NCBI GenBank assembly: GCA_963663975.2
Contig: CAXXRA010000013.1
Span: forward strand, 34,579 to 58,578
DNA from: an uncultured Bauldia sp.
Lineage (GTDB): Bacteria > Pseudomonadota > Alphaproteobacteria > Rhizobiales > Kaistiaceae
DNA: 24,000 nt
Reading direction: 5' to 3'
The notes under the pieces: model-generated
The model's input: the letters and a program-made list of their open reading frames with translations, nothing else
The model's database searches: none
Told to the model about the DNA's origin: nothing
Part shown: piece by piece, positions 10,454 through 17,421 of the stretch
Numbering within the stretch: position 1 is the stretch's first letter
Layout: every line of letters begins with the position of its first letter
Position numbers and translations under genes: made by a program

Positions 10454-10553
10454 GTGGATTTCCTCGCTGATCATTTTCGGCGGGGCGGGCTCATTCAATC
10501 CGCCCGCCGCGGGCCGGACGGCAACTGCCGGAAGCTACCTTTGGGTACCGGCC

Positions 10554-11081
10554 TCAATCGCCCTTGAAAAGGCCGACCTTGAGGTCCTTGGCCCGGTAGA
10601 TAGTGGTGCCGTCGGCTTTCAACCAGCCGTCGCCGATACCCAGCACCAACTTTGATCGCAGGACCCTTCTCAGATCGACCCCGAATTCGACCACCTTGAC
10701 GGTTGGCAACACCATGCCGGAGAACTTCAATTCGCCCACCGACAGCGCCCGACCTCGACCGGGCAGGCCAAGCCAACCCAGAAAAAAACCCACCATCTGC
10801 CACAGCGCGTCGATCCCCAGGCAGCCCGGCATCACCGGGTCGCCCTTGAAATGGCACTGGAAGAACCAGAGGTCGGGATTCACTTCCAGTTCCGCCCGTA
10901 TATGTCCCTTGCCATGCTCGCCGCCCCCTTCGCCGATCGAGGTGATACGGTCGAACATCAGCATCGGCGGCAACGGCAATTGCGCGTTGCCGGGCCCGAA
11001 CAGTTCTCCCCGTCCGCAACTCAGCAACCCTTCGTAATCGAAACTGGTGGCGCGATCCGCCGTTTCGGCTACTGCTGTCAT
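10554..11081 (-). CDS. fabA: 3-hydroxydecanoyl-[ACP] dehydratase / trans-2-decenoyl-ACP isomerase FabA
   Basis: [56 protein letters not shown] and DLKVGLF are collinear with E. coli FabA. Start trimmed to the ATG at 11081 (175 aa). Confidence 0.92.
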   Translation of the reverse strand: MTAVAETADRATSFDYEGLLSCGRGELFGPGNAQLPLPPMLMFDRITSIGEGGGEHGKGHIRAELEVNPDLWFFQCHFKGDPVMPGCLGIDALWQMVGFFLGWLGLPGRGRALSVGELKFSGMVLPTVKVVEFGVDLRRVLRSKLVLGIGDGWLKADGTTIYRAKDLKVGLFKGD

Positions 11082-11271
11082 CTCGTCCCGTCCGCTGGCG
11101 AGCGCCGACAAATCGGTACGCTCCGTGCCCGGCAATGGCCGTCTTAACATAGCATCCGATCGTCCGCCATAAAGGCGCGGCCGCCGGCCGGACATTCGGT
11201 CGCGTTGCCGGGAACCGGCCCCACCCTTATATTCGCGGGCCACACGGTCACCATCTCAAACGGCGTTTCTC

Positions 11272-11709
11272 ATGATCGCTGACATCGACATCTCTTCGGC
11301 CAGCAGGCCACGCCTGCGGGGAAGATTGCGGCACTGCGGACTGCGGCCCACGCGCCAGCGGGTGGCGCTGGCTGCGTTGATGTTTGCCGGCGGCAACCGC
11401 CATGTCTCGGCCGAGGAGCTTCACCTCGAAGCGACCAGCCGCAACGTCCCGGTTTCCCTGGCAACCGTCTACAACACGCTCCGCCAATTCACCGACGCCG
11501 GGTTGCTGCGTGAGGTCATGGTCGACGGCTCGAAAACCTATTTCGACACCAACACCTGCGCCCATCACCATTTCTTCGTCGAGGACGAAGAACGGGTCAT
11601 CGACATCCCTGATGGCGCGATGGGGTTGGGCGATATGCCGAAACCGCCGCCCGGATACGAAATCAGCCGCGTCGACGTGGTGGTGCGGCTGCGCCGAAAG
11701 GACGGCTGA
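11272..11709 (+). CDS. irr: Fur-family iron response regulator Irr
   Basis: Fur-family winged-helix region (GLRPTRQRVALAALMF, SLATVYNTLRQFTDAGLL). The HHH motif (CAHHHFF) is typical of Irr. Divergent from fabA, as in many Rhizobiales. Confidence 0.8.
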   Translation: MIADIDISSASRPRLRGRLRHCGLRPTRQRVALAALMFAGGNRHVSAEELHLEATSRNVPVSLATVYNTLRQFTDAGLLREVMVDGSKTYFDTNTCAHHHFFVEDEERVIDIPDGAMGLGDMPKPPPGYEISRVDVVVRLRRKDG

Positions 11710-11724
11710 CGGGCGCCGCTGCCC

Positions 11725-12303
11725 TCAGTCGATCGTCTCGTCGGGATAAACTCCCCACAGCCTTTCCTGCTGGATCCAGCCGTCGAACCTGCGGCCGGAC
11801 ACGCGGCACCATGAGTCCTGGCATCGCTCCACTTCGGCCACCACGCCCGGCTCGAGATAGGCCGCCACGGTGACCGACGCGCCGGGTCTGGCAAAAATCG
11901 GCGTCGGCTCCTCGCGTCCCCACGGTGTCACCACGCCGGTGCGCTTGCCCGAGAGAAGGCTGTGAAAGATCCAACCGACCGAACCGTCGGAATCGCGTAC
12001 CCGCCGCCATGTGTCGAACTCCTGGATGATCTCGATCGGCAGGCCGGGGCGGGTGAAAATCCAGGCGACACGATAGTCCTGACCCGGTCCCACGCGGACA
12101 TTGACGCGGCTGGCCTTGAGGCTGACGAAGCGCGGCACCGGCAAGCCGCTCTTGCCGACCGCGGCGCCCGATTGGGCGTTTGCCGGTGACGGCGCTGCAG
12201 CCGACAGTGCCAACAGCGCGATTGTCAGAACGAGGGCCAGACTTCGTCGCGCCACGCCCGTTGACCGGCCGATATCTCGCAAACCGTGAAGTCGTGTCAG
12301 CAT
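11725..12303 (-). CDS. Secreted bacterial SH3-like domain protein
   Basis: Signal peptide (LALVLTIALLALSAAAPSPANAQ) followed by two SH3b-like segments (PRFVSLKASRVNVRVGPGQDYRVAWIF...WRRVRDSDGSVGWI; ...CQDSWCRVSGRRFDGWI). An alternative GTG start at 12255 is possible. Confidence 0.7.
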   Translation of the reverse strand: MLTRLHGLRDIGRSTGVARRSLALVLTIALLALSAAAPSPANAQSGAAVGKSGLPVPRFVSLKASRVNVRVGPGQDYRVAWIFTRPGLPIEIIQEFDTWRRVRDSDGSVGWIFHSLLSGKRTGVVTPWGREEPTPIFARPGASVTVAAYLEPGVVAEVERCQDSWCRVSGRRFDGWIQQERLWGVYPDETID

Positions 12304-12404
12304 GAATTCTCTCCCCTCGCCTACCGTCCCCCGGCCGGCGGGAATTGTGGAGCAGACCTGGTTAACGCCGTTTCAACGCGGGGCGCGCGGCGCGCGGCGG
12401 CGGT

Positions 12405-13184
12405 TTATTGATGTTCGGCGCCGTTGAGCGGATTGGACGGATCCCAAGCATAGCGAATCATTTCGAAACGCGCGGCCCGGCCGTCGTAGAGCAGGAGCCG
12501 GCCAACCAGTCCTTCGCCGACCCCGACGATCTCCTTGATGACTTCCATGGCCTGCAGCGAACCGACGACGCCGGTCAACGCACCCAGTATGCCGGCCTCG
12601 GCGCAGGGCGGCTGCGAGCCTTCCGGCGGCGGGTCGGGAAACAGGCAGCGATAGGTCGGCTGTGGGCGGCCAGAGTGATCGCGCTCATAGGGTTTGAGCA
12701 CCGTCAGCGAACCGTCGAACCGGCCGACCGCCGCGCTGACCAGCGGCTTGTGCTGACGAAAACAGGCATCCGAGACGGTGTAGCGGGTGTCGAAGTTATC
12801 CGAACCGTCGGCGACCAGATCGTAGGCGCCGATCAACTCGTCGGCGTTGTCCGTGCCCAGCCTGACCTGGTGGGTTGTGACCGCCACGTTGGGATTGATC
12901 CGGGCAACAGCCCTGACGGCGCTGTCCGTCTTGGGTTCGCCGATCGCTTGCGTGTCATGAATGACCTGCCGCTGGAGGTTGGATAGCGCGACGTGGTCGT
13001 CGTCGACGATGCCGATCGTGCCGACACCGGCGGCGGCCAAATACTGGATGACCGGCGTGCCCAGCCCGCCGGCACCGACGATCAGCACGCGAGCCTGCTT
13101 GAGCTTCTGCTGGCCCGGGCCGCCGACTTCGGCCAGGACCAGATGGCGAGCGTAACGCTCGATTTCCTCGGATGAAAAGTCCAT
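12405..13184 (-). CDS. moeB: HesA/MoeB/ThiF-family adenylyltransferase (probable molybdopterin-synthase adenylyltransferase)
   Basis: YARHLVL...ARVLIVGAGGLGTPVIQYLAAAGVGTIGIVDDDHVALSNLQRQ and YRCLFP...CAEAGILGALTGVVGSLQAMEVIK are collinear with E. coli MoeB. There is no C-terminal rhodanese domain. MoeB versus ThiF cannot be settled by eye. Confidence 0.8.
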   Translation of the reverse strand: MDFSSEEIERYARHLVLAEVGGPGQQKLKQARVLIVGAGGLGTPVIQYLAAAGVGTIGIVDDDHVALSNLQRQVIHDTQAIGEPKTDSAVRAVARINPNVAVTTHQVRLGTDNADELIGAYDLVADGSDNFDTRYTVSDACFRQHKPLVSAAVGRFDGSLTVLKPYERDHSGRPQPTYRCLFPDPPPEGSQPPCAEAGILGALTGVVGSLQAMEVIKEIVGVGEGLVGRLLLYDGRAARFEMIRYAWDPSNPLNGAEHQ

Positions 13185-13197
13185 TGCCCGGAATCTA

Positions 13198-13457
13198 GAG
13201 CCCTTTCGACCAACTCTGGGTCAATTCTGTGTCCCGATTGGCGAGGCGAGAAATCGTCGAAACGATCGACGGCCGATGCCAGATTGGTTCGGCGTTGGGC
13301 GGCCGCCAATCGATAAACCCGAAGGGACGGGCGATTTTGCGCCAATTCCTGCGCAAGGTCTCTCGCGACCGTATCCCGATACGCTCTTCGAACCTTCACT
13401 TGATCTCGTCACAAAATCGCTCCCTCAGAACTGGCTTAGAGTTGGTCGAAAGGGCTC
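13198..13457. mobile_element. MITE-like non-autonomous element, copy 1 (260 bp, ~23-bp terminal inverted repeats, flanks TA/CA)
   Basis: Left end GAGCCCTTTCGACCAACTCT (13198-13217) is the exact reverse complement of AGAGTTGGTCGAAAGGGCTC (13438-13457). No ORF inside. It shares a left block (~89% identity over 44 bp by hand alignment) and a central block (~85% over ~95 bp) with copy 2. Confidence 0.7.
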
Positions 13458-13572
13458 CAGCGGCCGCAGCGCCGCATGACGAGAACCTGCCCGCACCACC
13501 GGCAAAGTGGTGCGGTTCTTCTTGCGCGATGGAAGTGGGGAGCCGACGCCTCCCCGCGCGTCACCCGGCCGT

Positions 13573-13977
13573 CTACATTAGCACGCCGATGATCGCGCCC
13601 ATCACTGCGATGCTGACGAGATTGAACCCGCCATTGACGTAGGCGTAATTCATCGGACGTTTCTCGAAGATCACCGATCCGGCCAGCACCGGGGCGACAA
13701 AACCCAACCACATCATCACGCCGACAAAGGCGCCGGCGACCAGATTTTCGACACCGTAGTGACCGATGACCCGAGCCAGAATGTAGGCCATGACCAGGTC
13801 GCCGATGGCCTGCACGATGAGTGCCTTTGGTATCTGGGCGCGATCGGGCACAACCCCTGCCGCTTCCTGCCATACTTTGCCGAAGACCGGGGTGGCGTAC
13901 CAGGCCGCGCCGATGGCGAACCGAACGATGGCGGCGACGATGATGGCGATCCAACTAACCGCGATAGCTGTTTCCAT
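13573..13977 (-). CDS. DUF1761-like integral membrane protein (134 aa)
   Basis: ORF track. Four hydrophobic segments. The N-terminal pattern IVRFAIGAAWYATPVFGKVWQEAAG resembles the DUF1761 signature as I recall it. GAGGAA RBS. Confidence 0.65.
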   Translation of the reverse strand: METAIAVSWIAIIVAAIVRFAIGAAWYATPVFGKVWQEAAGVVPDRAQIPKALIVQAIGDLVMAYILARVIGHYGVENLVAGAFVGVMMWLGFVAPVLAGSVIFEKRPMNYAYVNGGFNLVSIAVMGAIIGVLM

Positions 13978-14089
13978 GATTGCTTCCTCGGTTAAACGAG
14001 AAACCAGTGAATCGAATCGGGGCGGCGATTCGCAATCTGTTCACAAAAACGTGATGGGAAAACTTGGTTCGGCTGCCGGGTGGTGGCGC

Positions 14090-15079
14090 TCAGTCGTCGT
14101 CCTCGAACAACGCCGTCGAAAGGTAACGCTCGGCAAACGAGGGCAGGATGACGACGATGTTCTTGCCGTCCATGCCGGCGCGTTTGGCGACCTCGATTGC
14201 CGCAGCGATCGCCGCGCCCGACGATATCCCCGCCGGTATGCCTTCGACCCGGGCGCAGATGCGGGCGTGGTCGAACGCTTCGTCGTTTCCGACCTTGATG
14301 ATCTCGTCATAGATGGCGGTATCGAGCACGGCCGGGATAAACCCGGCGCCGATGCCCTGGATCTTGTGCGGCCCCGCGCTGCCGCCCGACAGGACCGGAC
14401 TGTCGGTCGGCTCGACGGCGATCACCCGCAGTTCCGGCCGACGGGCCTTCAGCACCTGACCGGCACCGGTGATGGTGCCGCCGGTACCGACACCACTGAT
14501 CAGTACATCGACAACGCCGTCGGTATCGTTCCAGATTTCCTCGGCTGTCGTGCGGCGGTGAATCTCCGGATTGGCGGGGTTCTGAAACTGCTGCGGGATG
14601 ATCGCGTCGGGAATCTCGCTCAGCAATTCGTTGGCCCGGGCAATGGCGCCGCGCATCCCTTCCGCGCCCTCGGTCAGCACCAGTTCGGCGCCGAGAAGCT
14701 TGAGCATCTTGCGCCGTTCCACCGACATCGTCTCGGGCATGACCAGGATCAGGCGGTAGCCGCGCGCGGCGGCGACGAAGGCGAGCGCGATGCCGGTGTT
14801 GCCGGAGGTGGGCTCGACCAGCGTGGTGACGCCGGGCCGGACACGTCCCTCGGCCTCCAGCGCGTCGACCATCGAGACGCCGATGCGGTCCTTGACGCTG
14901 CCGATCGGATTGAAAAATTCGAGCTTGGCGAGGAGGTTCGCAGTCACCCCGTGCATCGCTGCCAGGCGGTCGAGGCGGACCAAGGGGGTGTCGCCAACCG
15001 TATCGGTGATCGAATCGTAGATGCGCCCGCGACCGCGGGCGCGCTGCGGCACCTTGTCGACGGGTTCGGTTTCCCTCAT
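14090..15079 (-). CDS. cysK: Cysteine synthase A (O-acetylserine sulfhydrylase) CysK
   Basis: [20 protein letters not shown]-lysine context [11 protein letters not shown], and [30 protein letters not shown] 6 nt before the ATG at 15079. Confidence 0.93.
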   Translation of the reverse strand: MRETEPVDKVPQRARGRGRIYDSITDTVGDTPLVRLDRLAAMHGVTANLLAKLEFFNPIGSVKDRIGVSMVDALEAEGRVRPGVTTLVEPTSGNTGIALAFVAAARGYRLILVMPETMSVERRKMLKLLGAELVLTEGAEGMRGAIARANELLSEIPDAIIPQQFQNPANPEIHRRTTAEEIWNDTDGVVDVLISGVGTGGTITGAGQVLKARRPELRVIAVEPTDSPVLSGGSAGPHKIQGIGAGFIPAVLDTAIYDEIIKVGNDEAFDHARICARVEGIPAGISSGAAIAAAIEVAKRAGMDGKNIVVILPSFAERYLSTALFEDDD

Positions 15080-15118
15080 GCCGGCCTCCTCCCTGCAAGC
15101 AAAGCAACCGCCATCCTA

Positions 15119-15382
15119 GAGCCCATTCGACCAACTCCGGGTCAAGTCTGTCTCTCGATTGGGATTGGGCGCCCGGCGATCGACAACCCCGAAGGGACGG
15201 GCGAATTCGCGCCAATTCCCGCGCCAGGTCCCTCGACCCTATCCAGATACGCCCATAACGGCACCGCGCCCGAAGCCTCGACGACCATTACTTTGCCGAT
15301 CCGTGGTCGCACTTTGCCAAATCACCCGCGTCATGCCCCGTCAGAAGGCCTTGGCTGCCGGAGTTCCGATCGAAGCGGGCTC
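15119..15382. mobile_element. MITE-like non-autonomous element, copy 2 (264 bp, degenerate right inverted repeat, TA/TA flanks)
   Basis: Left end GAGCCCATTCGACCAACTCCGG (15119-). Right end CCGGAGTTCCGATCGAAGCGGGCTC (15358-15382) is a degenerate inverted copy. TA at 15117-15118 and at 15383-15384. The central block cgacaaccccgaagggacgggcgaattcgcgccaattccc aligns with copy 1. Confidence 0.65.
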
Positions 15383-15494
15383 TACCCCGCATGCCCCAGT
15401 CGCCGAAATGGCAGCACCGCTACAACTCATCGACCCCAAGCCTCAATCGACAAACACCAATCAGCCGCCCTCGCCGCGCCCGGTTGCCTCCAGT

Positions 15495-15902
15495 TCATCC
15501 GCTTCGACGATGTCGACCGTCACCACCGGCGCGATGATCCGCTTCGACAGTTGGGACCAGTTGGGCGATGCGCATGCCGTGCGTGATGGTGATCGGCTGG
15601 CCGCCGAGATTGATCAGCACGACCTTGATCTCGCCGCGATAGTCGGCATCGACCGTGCCCGGGGCATTCAGAACGGTCACCCCGTTTTTCGCCGCGAGCC
15701 CCGACCGCGGCCGCACCTGGCCTTCGAAACCGGCCGGAATCGCCACCGCAAAGCCGGTTGGGACGAGCGCCCGCTGACCGGCGCCGATGGTCACCGGTTC
15801 CTCGATCGCCGCGGCCAGATCGCGCCCGGCGGCCAGGGGTGAGTGAGCGGCCGGCAGCGGCAGGCCGGCGCCATGGGCCAGCCGCCTGATCACCACCGTC
15901 AC
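15495..15902 (-). CDS. dut: dUTP diphosphatase (Dut) with a disrupted C-terminal arm (frameshift; possible pseudogene or sequence error)
   Basis: [24 protein letters not shown] and [19 protein letters not shown] are dUTPase motifs. The GTG start at 15902 overlaps the coaBC stop (GTGA). After MRIAQLV the annotated frame reads [19 protein letters not shown], whereas the +1 frame reads [24 protein letters not shown]. Confidence 0.8.
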   Translation of the reverse strand: MTVVIRRLAHGAGLPLPAAHSPLAAGRDLAAAIEEPVTIGAGQRALVPTGFAVAIPAGFEGQVRPRSGLAAKNGVTVLNAPGTVDADYRGEIKVVLINLGGQPITITHGMRIAQLVPTVEADHRAGGDGRHRRSG

Positions 15903-17371
15903 CCGGTTGGGCTGTTGAGCCCCTTCAGGTGCCGGCCGATGCGGCCGATCAGTCGCTCGGCCACGTCCGTCTTCGCCATTCTGGGCCACGATTCGATGCC
16001 TTCGTCGCTGATCAAATGGACCTGGTTTTCGCTGCCGCCCATGATCCCCGATCCGGGCGAGACGTCGTTGGCGAGAATCCAGTCGGCGCGTTTGCGAGCG
16101 CGTTTCTCCTGGCCATAGTTGACGACATTGCCGGTTTCGGCGGCAAATCCCACCACCAGTTCGGGACGCCCCGATTCGCGCTGGCCTATTGTTGCCAGGA
16201 TGTCGGGATTCTCAACCAGCGCAAGCGACGGCGGTCCCCCCGATGGCGATTTCTTGATCTTCGCGCTCGATTGGTCGGCCGTTCGCCAATCGGCCACCGC
16301 CGCCGCCATGATGGCAACGTCGGCCGGCAGCGCCGTCACCGCCGCCTCGAGCATCTCGCGAGCGCTCTCGACGTGAACCGTATCGACGCCGGGCGGATCG
16401 GGTAATTCGACCGGCCCGGTCACCAATGTGACCCGCGCGCCGGCCGCCGCGGCCGCCGCTGCAATGGCGTGGCCCTGGCGCCCGGAAGAGCGGTTGGCGA
16501 GGTAGCGCACCGGATCGATCGGTTCGTGGGTCGGGCCCGAGGTGATGACGACATGACGGCCGGCCAGGAGGCCGTCGGCGGTGCCCAGAAGCTTCATCGC
16601 CGTCTCGGCGATCGCCGTCGGTTCGGACATGCGTCCGAGGCCGGATTCGCCGCTTTCAGCCATTTCTCCACGCTCCGGACCAACGAAACCGGCACCGTCG
16701 CCACGCAGGATGGCGACATTGCGCTGGGTGGCAGGGTGCAACCACATGGCCGGGTTCATCGCCGGGGCGAGGAGCAGGGGACAGCGCGCCGCCAGCACCA
16801 CGGCGGTCGCCAGATCGTCGGCGCGGCCGAGCGCGATGCGGGCCATGACATCGGCGGTCGCCGGCGCGACCAGGATGAGGTCGGCCTCCCGCGCCAGCCG
16901 GATGTGGCCGACATCATGCTCGTCCTGACGGTCGAACAGGTCACCATAGACGTGGCCGCCGGTCAGCGCCCCGACCGCCAGCGGGGTGATGAATTCCTGC
17001 GCCGCCCGGGTCATGACCGCCCTGACCGTGACGCCGCGCTCGCGCAGCCGGCGGATCAGGTCGAGCGATTTGTAGGCGGCGATACCCCCGGCGATGATCA
17101 GCAGGATCGCGGGCGCCGAAGCCTCGCGCCGGCCAGCTTCGGCGGCCGCGGCCGGTGCCGGCCCGTCGGAGCCCGCTCCGTGGCCCGATCCGGACATGAA
17201 GGCCGCCACCCGGTCCATCAGATCGGCACTCGGCGAGCGGCCGCGCGAGCGCAGGTCGAAGACCAGCCGCGGGTCGCCGACGGCCTCCCTGCCGAAGCGC
17301 GTGGCCGACATGCCGGTGGCGGTGAGGAAGGCTTCGATCTCGCCCAGAAAGCGCTCGGCGTAGGTCACCAC
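15899..17371 (-). CDS. coaBC: Bifunctional phosphopantothenoylcysteine decarboxylase / phosphopantothenate-cysteine ligase CoaBC (Dfp) with an extra ~85-aa N-terminal region
   Basis: [55 protein letters not shown] and AAVADW are collinear with the Dfp family. The GTG start at 17371 has an AGAGG RBS. The canonical flavoprotein domain begins near residue 88. Confidence 0.9.
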   Translation of the reverse strand: MVTYAERFLGEIEAFLTATGMSATRFGREAVGDPRLVFDLRSRGRSPSADLMDRVAAFMSGSGHGAGSDGPAPAAAAEAGRREASAPAILLIIAGGIAAYKSLDLIRRLRERGVTVRAVMTRAAQEFITPLAVGALTGGHVYGDLFDRQDEHDVGHIRLAREADLILVAPATADVMARIALGRADDLATAVVLAARCPLLLAPAMNPAMWLHPATQRNVAILRGDGAGFVGPERGEMAESGESGLGRMSEPTAIAETAMKLLGTADGLLAGRHVVITSGPTHEPIDPVRYLANRSSGRQGHAIAAAAAAAGARVTLVTGPVELPDPPGVDTVHVESAREMLEAAVTALPADVAIMAAAVADWRTADQSSAKIKKSPSGGPPSLALVENPDILATIGQRESGRPELVVGFAAETGNVVNYGQEKRARKRADWILANDVSPGSGIMGGSENQVHLISDEGIESWPRMAKTDVAERLIGRIGRHLKGLNSPTG

Positions 17372-17421
17372 GGTGCCTCTGAGTGTCGTTTGATGGTTAT
17401 TTCCTATTTATAGGCTGTATC

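Noticed and set aside
10454-10553. Hairpin GGCGGGC-N11-GCCCGCC between fabA and fabB as an attenuator or terminator
   Set aside because: No U-tract follows it, fabA-fabB are normally co-transcribed, and the loop is long. It is probably an incidental GC-rich structure.
15080-15260. Possible sulfur or SAM-type riboswitch in the conserved block upstream of cysK, also seen upstream of the moeB-like gene
   Set aside because: The conserved sequence is bounded by terminal inverted repeats and TA flanks, so a mobile MITE explains it better. I recognise no SAM-II or other riboswitch core. The local palindrome GCGAATTCGC in copy 2 is not conserved in copy 1. An Rfam scan would settle it.
13790-15586. 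598-aa plus-strand ORF spanning the DUF1761-like gene, cysK, the MITE and the dut 3' end
   Set aside because: It runs antisense through two well-supported genes and through a non-coding repeat. The composition is junk-like. This is a shadow ORF.
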